Program-made: the position numbers and the translations under genes
DNA from: Phoronis australis
Taxonomy: Eukaryota > Animalia > Phoronida
Reading direction: 5' to 3'
NCBI GenBank assembly: GCA_002633005.1
Contig: NMRA01000084.1
Coordinates: 45,072 to 109,071, forward strand
DNA length: 64,000 nucleotides
Shown: in pieces, positions 13,090 through 25,420 of the stretch
Layout: the number at the start of each line of letters is the position of its first letter
Numbering within the stretch: the stretch's first letter is position 1
The notes under the pieces: generated by a model
Database searches by the model: none
Seen by the model: only the letters and a program-made list of their open reading frames with translations
What the model was told of the DNA's origin: nothing

Positions 13090-13569
13090 GAAACTGTTGT
13101 TTAAAATCAGTACATCTTTGGATGATCTTTGTAAGACTTCCCTCGAGGGACCGCATGTATGTTTTAAATTGTTTGATAGTATTGTAGTTTCTATATTGTT
13201 ATATGGTGCTGAGATATGGGGTACAGTATATTCGAAAGACATAGAAAGTGTTCACAATGATTTCTGTAAATGGGTTGCTGGTGTCCCAAAGAAAACAAGT
13301 AACGTTATGGCCAGAGGAGAATGCGGCAGGCATTTATTATCTGTGAAATACTTGTGCAGACCAATAATCTACTGGACCAAAATTCTACAGATGAATAACC
13401 CCAGATACCCAAAGAAAAGTTACAGGATGCTGCGGGAAGACTGTGAAAAAGGACGAGCAAATTGGGCCAGTGCAGTTAAAGATATTTTGTTCAGATACGG
13501 GTTTGGGGAGGTATGGATAAGTGGACCGGGTAACTTTGATTTATTTATATCAGAATTTAAGCAAAGATT
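13090..13569 (+). mobile_element. Non-LTR retrotransposon (LINE) ORF2 C-terminal fragment, truncated by an assembly gap
   Basis: KLFDSIVVSILLYGAEIWG...IESVHNDFCK...GECGR...YWTKIL...RYPKKSY...NWASAVKDIL..GFGEVW...FKQR, the typical post-RT region of invertebrate LINEs; clade not determined. Confidence 0.85.
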
Positions 13570-13609
13570 NNNNNNNNNNNNNNNNNNNNNNNNNNNNNNN
13601 NNNNNNNNN
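13570..13609. other. Assembly gap (N run), followed by a short (CCCTCT)n tract
   Basis: Run of N; CCCTCT repeats at 13610-13635. Confidence 0.99.
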
Positions 13610-15492
13610 CCCTCTCCCTCTCCCTCTCCCTCTCTCCTATGTGTCATTCACTACCTATTGGTATGACTAAAAACGACTTCATTGTAGCCATAATGTATGG
13701 TATAGCTATGTTTGCCAGAAAGCCTTAACTCAGTGTTGTACAGAGGCTATTGACTGCTGCGTGCATTCGTCATTATGCTGGCAACGGTGTAAGTTTGAAC
13801 ATTTTTCATTGCAAGAGATGCATCACATTTATAGCTTATAATTCTTGTTAAGATATAATATTAAGCAAAGGTGACAAAGTTGATTATAACAATTATTCGG
13901 TGATATAATTCCTTAAAAATTCTCCAGATTAAGACAGCCTAAATTCAGAACACAGAGATCATTGCTGAAATTTAATTTTTTTTTCATCCTGAAATTTGAG
14001 GCACGAGTGATTTTTATTTTTTCGTACATTTCAAATTCCGAACGCTGTGTTTTAGCATAACAGGTTACAAGAATACTCTTGTAAGTTCATAAAAAGTGAC
14101 TCTCACGACAAACATTTTAAAAAATCATTACCAGTCCCCTTGAATTTCTCACAGACAATTGTGTGAATTTCTAAAAATTGACAAGCTCCAACGTTGATCA
14201 AAATATTTATTCACTGTCCCAAACTGGAGAATTTTTGCGTAATTAATTTTTGAAATTCACTGTGTAGATAACTATAAAACTTATTGATAAATATTCTTGT
14301 TTATAAGATAATCTGGTTTAAGAAAAGAGGTTGTAAAAGAGATGACAAATTTTTATTTAGTTTTTGATCTTAAGTGATGGTGTGGTAGTTTACGCCAGCT
14401 TTACTTTATATCGGTAAAAATATCAGTGACAAATGGTAGAAATGAAGTGACAACAGATATCAATACTCTATTTCAGTTAATGTCTGTGAAGTAGATGGTG
14501 ATGGTGGCAGTACCCCTGTGGTTAAAGAGTCATGACATAATGCTTTTCATTTAAAAATCTTGGGGGACTCTCTGATATGTAAGCTACGAGTGTTTTTCTC
14601 ACAAGAAATGATGTGCGTGTGTTGTCAAAATCAGTTACATACTGAGTTCGCCACTGAATGATCTCAGTGCTTTAATATGCTTAAGGGGATTTCGATCAAA
14701 GAGTAATATTTCTATTGGTTAGACTGATACATACCAAGGGAACTTGTGCCACGTGATAAAATGTTATTGTTTACATATGTTTTGGAAAAAATAAATAGTG
14801 TAAGAGATCATGAAACGTTACAATTGCGTCTTTAGCAACTAACGTCACTGTATGACACAGGATTACTTTTATGTAAACATTTAAAATATTATAGATTTTG
14901 GATTTTCTATATATAGTTAAGGTTGAGACTGGATGCCTATATGACGTTTTCTGCATATTTGTTGTTTTGATAACACTATCACTGATGGTGTTACTCTGTC
15001 AAAAATCAAAACTTACAGGGCAATTTTGACTGTAAAATTGTCCATGAAAATCTTATTTTAATGATGTGAATTTCCGATTCTTCCCCAATTTTTGTACTTC
15101 ATGGAGACCTAATAGGACTGCTGGGTTCCCTGTTAATTCCAGGTTGTCGTATCTTTTGGGATGCATTTTTATTTTTTATTTAGTGCATCTAAGTTGAATA
15201 AATGTATGTTTTTGTTTATTTTTGGCAGCTTTCCCATATTTCCGTAGAACTTCCATGCTCAGATTTGGAAATTCTGGATATTAGAAAAGGCAAAACCATA
15301 TATTAATGAAGCATAAAAATACTTCCAGGTGATCAGTGCAATGGGCCCACATGCGAGGCCTGCGCACGTCTGGTACAACGTGTATCAGACCACCTGCAAT
15401 TATTTTACTGAAAGGCAAAACAAATTGGTTCTGTGAAACCTGTTGTGATACGAATAGGTATTATTGAAAGTGTTTTTGTGTGCATTAAACTC

Positions 15493-15817
15493 ACCATTCT
15501 AACACAATATGTCCTTCGTCATTACCACAATTGCCACTTTGGGAGTTAATTCCTTGTTTAGCAAGCGTTTCACACCGTCACTTCAGTGTTGATGTCAGAG
15601 CCTCAGGGTGAGCATACACTACTTGACAATTTCCTTTAATTATATCACTAATTGGAACAGCTCTACAAAACGTCACCACTAATTTCTTCATCATCAGTAT
15701 CATCATCACTAACGTCTCGTCAAAAAATTGTTGCTTCTCTGGCATTGTAATTAGTGCACGGCAAAGATCTACTAAAGTTTGGTGAAGTACAGGGCCAACA
15801 AGCAAACAAATTGCAGT
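15493..15817 (-). pseudogene. Frameshifted RecQ-like SF2 helicase exon remnant, probably transposon-borne (AcademH-like)
   Basis: The minus strand reads AICLLVGPV (motif Ia-like), DIIKGNCQVVYAHPEAL, then after frameshifts KVAIVV-DEGHIVLEW (DExH motif II), ending at a GTGAGT splice donor. Confidence 0.7.
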
Positions 15818-16334
15818 TCAGTGTGGGAACGTCAATAGCGCAATTAGTTGATCTGTCAAATGTGCTTCTTCTGTTAGTTTTATTTCATTTTAATCGCACA
15901 GTGAACGTTTTATGTTCACTTAGTGATAACTAAACCGTTTCAATGTTTTTCGTTTTAAAATTGCTTCAATTAATACTACAGATACGCCAACATCGCACGC
16001 ATACGTCACGATTCCACTCGGTGATTCCATCGATAAGGCTTTCCCCAAGTATGCCATGACAAGGGAGATAAGTCTTTATTTTTATACATAAACGAGTGGA
16101 CAAGTACGGATTTTCTCAAATACAAAGATTATAATTACCATTTTTAAAAATGTGATCATAATTGTTACGAAAGTCTTTCAAATTACAGCGATAACGAGCC
16201 GTTTTTCTGCGGTTTATTTGGCGCGGATATGAACCGATATGATCCAGCCTCTTCACCCGTTTTTCGCGATAGGTGAAGTGCTATACGTGAAAGACCAGTC
16301 GCCAACCGACTGGAGCGACGTCTTTCGTGAAAAT

Positions 16335-16644
16335 GCACCTTTTGCGCATAGGGGTACACCTTAGGAAGCCGTCGATGTCTTTAATTCATTTCTACTCGAA
16401 GAAATGCTCCAGTAATCAAATTCTTCTACGAGCAGTCCTTCGTTCAGTTGCCCAAATAGGCAAATAGTCATCTTTAACACTGAGTATGCTCCTCCTGGCG
16501 CGATAAAAATAGGAGCGCACGCAGAGTAAAAATGGTTAGATGGCAATTTGGCCAACTGATTAAAGGATCGCTTGAACAAAGAGTTCGATTATATGTGCTT
16601 CACCGTCTCTACTGAGGCCAGCTAGAGACGGTGGTCAGTGTCTG
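16335..16644 (+). mobile_element. Right part of a TAGACAGTGACCACCG-family element (apparent continuation of 11473-11613)
   Basis: Resumes at GCACCTTTTGC and ends in the reverse TIR CAGCTAGAGACGGTGGTCAGTGTCTG. Confidence 0.6.
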
Positions 16645-19258
16645 GGCGACTAATGACTTCTTACTTACAATGCGCTATTTGCTTTCCTATTTGCTAACGA
16701 GCTAGAGTTTGCACACCGTCAAATTATCACCAGCTGTAATTTGCTTCTTGTGTCATCCATTGTTTTACTTACTCGTGCTAGGTACGTGAGTGAAGAGATG
16801 CATAAATCAGTGAAAATCACGCAACTCGAACTCAGAGCAAAAGGTTATACCGGCGTATTATTAGGTGCTCGCCAAGAAAACTTGATGACAAAAATTTAGA
16901 TGTGGTGGAGTGACAACTAATAATATAGTGAACGCGAAATGAAAAGCTGTAACGAAGGGCTTAATCCTGACAAAGATTTCAGAAGCTCACGTCACATCGC
17001 TGAAACGGGCCTAAGAAGAATTAATTAAGAACGCTGGTTAGTAGATATGTTCTCACAGAATGTATAACGTTTTAAACAAATCTTCATTTTTCATGTTGTT
17101 GTGGGTACACTATTCATTGTTCAGTCGTTGCATTCAGTAAAAAGCTATTTTTAATCGCAAGTTTCCTCACTAAGTATCATCTTGAATCAGTCTCGTTCAT
17201 AGTCTATAATGTATACCCAGCAGTAGACATGTAGTAGATGAAATATATCCGCCATCCATTCCGATCCTGCACTGTCACAGTTTCCGACTTTCCATGGGCC
17301 GTAAAATTACCCAACAACAGACTTTTTAAGGAGTTTACAAATTTTGCTACAAACTTTTGAGAGTTTTCGAATGTTGCAGAACATTATTTTATTTCAGAGA
17401 ACTGGACGGGAGAGATGCTTTACATATCTGTTAAAACCGGGTTTGGTATCCTTTTAACTACGAAGACTAACCGACCCAACAAGGGCAGAGATTTCATTCC
17501 TCGCTACAATAATCCCATATCGGTGTCCGCTGGGTAATGACAATATATTTATAGCATCATAACCGAGTATACTTTGCTGGTGTTATTTCGTTCTAAATGC
17601 GTGAGTTTCCAAATAAGGAAGTCAACACCTGCAGGCTCTTGACTGTTTCCGGTTTGCACGAAGCCGACTGTGCTCTTGAATTATTTCGTGAGCAGTTGGT
17701 TTGTAAGATCTAGGCCATCGTTCACTGTTCATGCAAGCAAAATAAATTCGAATAAAAACGACGGAGACTCCTGTGGAAAACTGGAAATCTATTTACTAAA
17801 TTCAAATTGTGTAGAAAATAATTTCATATCTCCACTTCAGAAAACTTTGCTTGTCGCCACCACCAATAACAATAGGTGATTGAGTCCTGCTAAACCAGCG
17901 TCGGTCTTCCAACGGAGTCTTTCGGCTTTGCCGCCGACTGGTGCGTAGTTAGTTATTCACTGTCCAAATGTTGTTTTCCGTGTTTTTGCTAAGTGTCTGA
18001 ATATCCTCAGTGTAGATATTGCATGTTTGCTGTTCTGTACATGTTTACCCAAGTTTTACTCCCTGTAAAACGTGCTTAGCACGCTGGAATATAGATGGCC
18101 TTGTTATTCAATCGTTCACTTACAACTTCGAGCTAAATCTAATATGGCGGAGTGTTACTTGGGTGCAGACCATGCCAAGTAGTAGACTGTGACCACCGTA
18201 TCTAGCTGGACCCAGTAGAGACAATGTCGTTAACTGTGTTCCCTAAAATCAAACTATCGCCCGAGAAAAAGGCCAATGCAACACAGTCTCGTACAAGTTT
18301 AATCCATTAATAATTCAACAAAAATGACATTCAGCTTAATCCGTGCAACATTAATTTTTATCAGACCTCAACGGAAATTAGACGCAAAAAACAATCAAAC
18401 AATCGCGTAGAGTAGTTATTACCTTACGGTTATTATTACTATTACTATTACTATTACTATTATTATCATTATCATTATCGTTATTGCTAACATTCTGCCT
18501 TGAGTGCGATGTTTTTCTGTTTAGTTTGTTGGGCAATTTTACGGCCCAGGGAAAGTTGGAAATTGTAACAATGCAGGATCGGAATGGATGGCGGATATAT
18601 TTCATCTACTACATGTCTACTGCTGGGTATACATTATAGACTGTGAACGAGACTGATTCAAGATGATATTTAGTGAGGAAACTTGCGATTAAAAATAGTC
18701 TGATTTTTATAATACTTACACCAACAAAAGTTCAACTCAACAATGAATACTGTACCTACAACAACATGAGGAATTAAGCTTCGATTAAAAAAGTTATGCA
18801 TTCCGTGAGAACATATCCACTAACCAGCGTTCACATTTAATTCTTCTTGGGAGCGTTCCAGCGATGTGACGTGAGCAGCTGAAATCTTTGTCAGGATTAA
18901 ACCCTTCGTCGCAGCGTTTCATTTCGCACACCGGTATTAAAGTAATAGTTGTCACTTCAAATACAACATCTCAAATCTGTTCTTTAAATTTCCGTGTGAG
19001 CATTTAATAATGCACCGGTATAATCTTTTGCGCCAAGTTCGAAATGCGTGATTTTCAATGATCTGGGTAACTTTTTACTCACAAACCTCGCACGAGTAAG
19101 TAAAACAACGGACAAACCTAGAAGCAAATTCCAGCTGATGATAATTTGTTGGTGTGAAAACTGTAGCCCGTTAGCAAATAGGAAACTACAAATGCATTGT
19201 GAGTGACAGTCATATCTCGCTTAGACAGTGACCACCGTCCCTAGCTGGCCCCAGTAGC
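16605..19258. repeat. Long inverted repeat: arms ~16605-17318 and ~18522-19258, spacer ~1.2 kb
   Basis: The arms align as reverse complements along their length; 17145-17271 versus 18572-18698 differ at only 2 positions by my alignment. Confidence 0.92.
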
Positions 19259-19332
19259 ATCGACTGGGGTCGGAAGCTTGTCGCTGATGTATTAATCAGT
19301 GGGGGCCGGCTAAAGACGGTAGTCTCTGTCTA
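18183..19332. mobile_element. Composite TIR element (TAG...CTA) with 9-bp TSD, carrying captured DNA and an internal third TIR at 19222
   Basis: Left end TAGACTGTGACCACCG, right end CGGTAGTCTCTGTCTA; flanks GCCAAGTAG (18174-18182) and GCCAAGTAC (19333-19341). Confidence 0.65.
18430..18486. repeat. Degenerate (ATT/ACT/ATC)n microsatellite
   Basis: TTATTATTACTATTACTATTACTATT... Confidence 0.9.
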
Positions 19333-19989
19333 GCCAAGTACTTACTAGTGTAGATTTTTCGCCCTCGGATTTCGTTAGAATGACCCCACGCATTTACAGC
19401 GTATTTGTCACCACGTGAGAACCCGTAAGTTTGCTGTACAGGTTGCTTCAGGACAGAGGGCAGATGAACTATTAACAATTTGCTCCCACTATAGATACCA
19501 CAGAACTGAAACTTCGTGTTACCTTCGCCGCCAGGTGTTACACTGCGGTGACTGAGTGAGAACGATGAACATATTGGGGTAACCGCACAGCCGTCGCAAT
19601 CATCGAATCGCACATTTGGTGTTCAATCAATTTGAAGAGCACTCAAGCAGATTAACACTGATCACCGTCGGATTGTAGTGTTTAAGAAAAATTAATTAAA
19701 TTTACTCACGTTCCATCTAAGAATTTTTACGAGTCACTCCATATAAAAAACAACAGATGGAGTCTATAAGCAAAATCCCAGATTTTTTCTAGACCTAGCA
19801 TATTAGTTCAGCGCGGTGAAAAACGGGAAGACAACTTGAGAAATTTAAGACCGATTCTACGGAAATAAAAAGCTAACCAGATGCAGGTTTAAGTGCCAGC
19901 GGCTAATTTGATAACACTCTTTGTTACTGTCTATATCCACCTTCAATTTGTTTGCGTTGTTTGCGTTGTAATATAACTCTAACTCATTA

Positions 19990-20227
19990 ATGCGCGAACC
20001 CAGCCTTTAATATGGGGGGCTAGAATCTCTGACGATGTGGACTTTTTACTAACTTACTACCAAAAAGCGATAGGACTAAAAAACGGGGTACCACGTTCAG
20101 AGCAGTGAATTGTGTGTTGCGCCTTTTTAGTGTTGGACTTTTGTCTCGTTTTCTCGTACTTTTTGTTTCTCTAAGACGGACCTTTTTGCCCACTTCGCCA
20201 AATGGGCCCCCCGTGGATGGGCGCATG
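19990..20227 (+). mobile_element. MITE, CATGCGCGCACCCAG family (diverged copy)
   Basis: Colinear with 23429-23693. Confidence 0.75.
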
Positions 20228-23200
20228 TTAAATAATCGTTGCAACCTATCACGGCATTAGCTAACCAAAAGAAGTTATTCCAAGCGAAAAAGTACGTTTT
20301 TACCAAGATTGATTCTAGTTGAACAAAAAAGGCGACAGTATTCATTCACCCTTGCCTTACACCAGTTGAACATATTTGTATTCTGGACAGCTTTCCTTCA
20401 GAATTACTTTTCACTTCACATCCTGATATTAAATACTTTACACTATTCTCAACTGACGGTCTTCGGGCAGGCTCTATATTAATATAAGAGCCACACTTCC
20501 GAGGAACGAAAATAAACTCATGCTCGTGACGTTTTAATAAGAAAAGTCATTTAAAGTCATAAGCTCTTTTCATCTTCTTTTTATTTAGACCAAATCTCAA
20601 GTTGCTCCTTAGTCAAAATACATGTACATATACGAGAATTGACAAGTCGTTATTGCACGAAGCCAGACTCCACAAGTTTTTTGTCATGGCGAATCAGGTA
20701 ACTAACAGTTAGTACTTTGCAAGACCACAAATCATCACTCATACGAGTAAGGAACTTATAAAGACCAATTTTACAGCGGTAAGTGGTCTAAATCAAAATT
20801 CAGTTTCTTCGACAGAACGCGGTTTCTAAGGGAAATTGAGGCGGTGACCTCAACCGTTTGCTGCTCAGTGAAATTTCAGATGCAGGCAGCAGTACTGACG
20901 TGCATTTCAAGGACGCAAGGGCCTCACGAAAATTCAAGATCCCGCAAGACTTCATGAGATATCGTCGTGTATAACAACGAGACCATACTAGCTTCCCCGC
21001 GAGATTCTTGCGTCTAATGAGCTCAACCCTGATCCAACCCAATCTTTAATCTTAGTGCATCTGTAAAAAACAGGTGAAGAGCCGATGCACACTAGAGGCG
21101 CAACTTCTCAGGAAGAGGCATTTAGGGACGATGTTAAGGGCAGGAGTGTCGTGTATAATGAGTTGAAAGTTGGCCGAGATGTCAAGCTTACACGGGTCCT
21201 AGTAAACAACCACCAGCGTTCACATTCCTCTCTCGTTTGTCAGATTGGGCTTGCTTTGACATTTATGCTCACTTTGATTGATTTCACATCCCAAATCCAA
21301 AATCAAATTTTGAGAAGGTTATAACACTTTAGCGATCGTCTAATAAACCGGTTTGTTTCCTCGCTGACCCTCAAGAATATCGAATCATCTCTGCCTAATA
21401 CATATACCCGAGTATTCTGAAACTGGGTCCACCTCAGGCCCAGTGGGGCTACGTAACAAACGAAGTTCCTCGACTACACCTAAAACGTATATTTGCCACA
21501 ACATGCATGGTTGAATCCTACAACTTCCCCCAGTTGCGTGGGAAATGGACGTCAAAACCGTAACATAAGTAAATGTTCAACAATGAACTTAATACTTGTA
21601 GGAACAATAATACCTCGATCTGTTTGTATTGACTATTGATTTCAATTTGCGTGGCGGTGACGGTAGATATACTAAAGCATATATTCGTCACTGGGGAGTT
21701 GGACATCGCGTCTCAACTCTACCATGATGACGATGACTTGGTTTAACTGGGAGGCCCACAGATATTGACTTCACAGACAGGGGGTCGACAGATATGAGCC
21801 TTACTCATATTTTGTAAACTATAGTGTAACACCAAAAGGAGATCACAATGAAGTAAACTCCGTGCATTTCTGTTTAAGAGCTGATTGGAATAAAATTCAT
21901 GAAGGACGAATTCTGTTCAAAGGGTTTTTTATTCATTATTCATTGTAGCCCATAATTAGGTTTATGAAGATTGACAAAATGTCAGACAACGCACTGCGGT
22001 CGAATGTACAGAAATTGCAATGTTTCATCCTCATACTGTAACAACAAAGTCGGGCTCGTAATCATGAGCCTATCACGGTCTCTAGTACGACAGGCGGGCG
22101 ATTTTTGATAAAATAGAATACAAATGTCTGGAAAGTATAGCCAGCTATACCCCGAAGAGTCGTATAAGACCTTTCATGGACTTCGTATACGATTCGGGTA
22201 CATAGACTGCAGTCTAAAAGTTGCATACGACATTTTCTAAATCCAAGGAAACCCGAAGCACAATCGGTCGCACACGACTTTTATCTGGAAAAGTCGAGTC
22301 GGAACTCATATGTCGTAAATAAAAAGTCACGTGCGACTAACATAAACATTACACAGAAACGAAAGGATTAATTCGCTATAAGGAAAGGACGAATTTTTAC
22401 AAGAACGGTGGCCTGTACCGCTTGCTTCTTCACAAACTCGTAACGATCAAGCAGTAATCACGAGTAGTAAGACCAAGTTTCGGCAACTATTAGGCAAAGG
22501 CATTGTACGAATATAGTGAGATGAAGACAGCTTTAGCTACATCGAGTAACAATACCATGTTTAACTTACTTGCAAACTGCTTTATCACTTGCGTAGAACC
22601 ATCGGCTTGCCCTCCAATGTAGTATTATGTGTCACAAATTCAGACAGTAGGCGGAACAGGGAAGCACCTCTGACGAAGCATGCCACTTGGAAACCTGAAG
22701 ATATAAATGTAACTATCAACAGCGTAGTAGACCATTAGGTCTCACAAATTCCTGTTACAGGGCGTAACTGTTATAAGAATCGATATGTAGCTTCATTTGT
22801 CTGACAACTTATCACACTTCCGTGCGAGGAATCAGGAATGTGCTGCATCACACAGTGCGACTTTTTATAGTTTTCACTCAAAAATACAGAATCGACGTCT
22901 TTCCATAAATGACACCGACCCACACGTTTTTTACGAGGTAGGACGATGCACCAAGTTTGTCAATGTTAAGGTGCATTATCAGCCTATATACACTAGACCT
23001 TACATGTAAGAGATGTCAAACTGCTGCTAAATATATCAACACGGTAGTCTCCTTCACTCGGTTCGATTGACTGTTGTGCTAAAAATATTGGCATTGATCG
23101 TATAGAAGAGACTGAATACTTTCACACGTACGTGTACACGTATCCGCACAAGGAAACTTAGCTATTTGATAAAGGGCAGTGGGTTTTATTGGCAATGCAG

Positions 23201-23428
23201 AGCATTTCGAAGTATTTGCTCATATCATCATCGATAAGGCCAGTTACTTCTTAACTTTACAACTTAGTAGTTTGTGAAAACTCTCAATCGTTACTCACAC
23301 GACTCATCACTACTAGACACGCTTCCCGATGTTTCGAAATATGTACATGTAACAGTTTCTTCCTTCAATACACTGTAATAGTTCGTATATTTTCCCATTT
23401 TTCTAAATGGCTTCACTTGTTGATACAG

Positions 23429-23693
23429 CATGCGCGCACCCAGCCTTCAAAATGGGGATGGGGGGGGGGCTCGAATTCCCTGACGTTGTGGACCTTTTGC
23501 TAACAAAAGAGCGGGCGGACAAAAAAAAAACAAAAAAACGGGAGCACCACCGTGAATTGCGCGTTTGCGCTTATTTACTGGACTTTTGTCCCATTTCCTC
23601 GGACATTTTGTCTCTCAGGGGCGGACCTGTTTGCCCACTTCGCCATATGGGGGGGGGCTCGTTGGAGCCCCCCCGCCCCTGGGTGCGCGCATG
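23429..23693 (+). mobile_element. MITE, CATGCGCGCACCCAG family, complete
   Basis: Perfect 15-bp TIR CATGCGCGCACCCAG / CTGGGTGCGCGCATG; TACAG on both flanks. Confidence 0.85.
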
Positions 23694-25272
23694 TACAGTA
23701 GCAGTGACTTCGAACACAAATTTCATGGGATTCCTAATTTATCACTTTCTGTCCTCGACCATCAGCATCCAAGGAAAATAGAAAAACTTCCAGCCCTTCC
23801 CGGTGACCAATCGACGGCCCTGGAAAAGTGAGCGAGTGCTAAGCTGAAATCTGACGCATACTTCAGCGTCATCAACAGCGCCCCTCCCGCCCCCACCAAA
23901 TGGCATTGTTAGGCTACCCGAGCAACACAGTTCAGGCACTAAACATAGTGCCGGTCACGGAGCTATTAACGAAGCTACATGTATTCACCGACACAAAACG
24001 CGGCTTGCGCACTCACCCACTTTCAGCAGTGCACAGTCCGTACGCCGTACTTACAGATGACCAAGCCGAATTAACAGGACAGTTTAAAGATGCTACGTCC
24101 TATTAAAACCGTGAATGTTCAAATTTGGAACAAGCGTCACCTAGTGACTTCCTGGAGAACTGTGTACAAGTATAATCTGGAAAACAAACAATTTGTAAAT
24201 AAATTGCGGTTTTAAAGAAAAACCATAATACATTTAAAACAACTGTGAACATATAAAAACCCCTAGTAATTCCAAATATTACGTAGTCCTTATTTGCTAG
24301 TGAAATAAAAAAAATAATAAAAACACTTTCTGAAAGGTTGTCTTTTCTGATGTTCTGGAATAATATTGTGAAAAGTGCCATAATTTTTCACATGAACTTA
24401 CATTGTAAATGGGTAGGTATCCTAATTTCCCTGTGGCACTCTGCATCCAAAACGATACCCTTAAAATGTCTCTATAGTCAAGTCCCTACAAGATCTTAGT
24501 GAGTACAGAATCTGAAGGCCGCCGACAGCTGAAGTCCGGCTACCAGGCCAACACTCCGCACGGTGACTTCAACGAAAGCATTCGTTCTGTAACTTCATTT
24601 TGTCGTCACTTTGGACAATATTCAGCATCATTTTGCGTCTCTGGTAGTGCAAATTCTAGGTATTTGCACACACTTTTCGCCCACTGTTCTTAAGACGACT
24701 CGAGAATCCCTAGGAATCCCCCAAAGCATCGTCTTTACCCCAGTGAAACGAGGCACAGTTTTTATTATTTGTTTATTTCACTATCAAAAAACAATTGCGT
24801 AATAGTAGAATTAGCAAGATTTTTCATATTTCACACTTGCTTTAAGTGTGTCCGTTATGGTGTTTTCTTTAAAGCTGAAATTTATTATTTATTGTTACAT
24901 GTACACACAGTTTTCCAGGAAGTCACTAGGTGGCACTTGCTACAAATTTGACTATTGGTGGTTTTAATGAGACATAGCATCTTTAACATATGTATTCCTG
25001 GGACGGGGAGGGAGGTTACTGCCAAAGAAGAGGCTTGGAGGAACGTATCACCAAGAATGATGACTTTTCCCGACCAGTTTCCCATGAAGTGTGCCTTTCT
25101 TGACAAACTTCGCCAGCTAGGGCGGATGCCTTTACGGACAAAAATACCCTACAAAACTGTCAATTAGCGAGTTTGTAACTCTATAAATGGGCCTCTTTTC
25201 GGTTACCATATTCAACAGAAAGCTTTTAAATATTCACATTCAGACCAACATAAATACCTTAGATGTTTATGG

Positions 25273-25420
25273 CAGTGGCAGATTTAGAGGGGGGCCAAGG
25301 GGGCCATGGCCCCCTCCAAAATTCTCCCAAATTCCATTTGGCAGTTCAGGAGTGCGAATGTCAAAATCCTGACCAATACTCTGTCCTGTTCCTCAACTCA
25401 AAATCCTGGATCCGCCCCTG
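25273..25420. mobile_element. MITE, CAGTGGCAGAT / ATCCGCCCCTG type
   Basis: Imperfect TIRs; TATGG duplicated on both flanks. Confidence 0.8.

Noticed and set aside
11473-19332. Recurring ~33-bp palindromes resembling CRISPR repeats or att sites
   Set aside because: They are irregularly spaced, in both orientations and in a eukaryotic context; explained as transposon TIRs.
21000-21460. Possible Penelope RT trace (TFNSLYTTLL, minus strand)
   Set aside because: Only one degenerate motif with no supporting frame.
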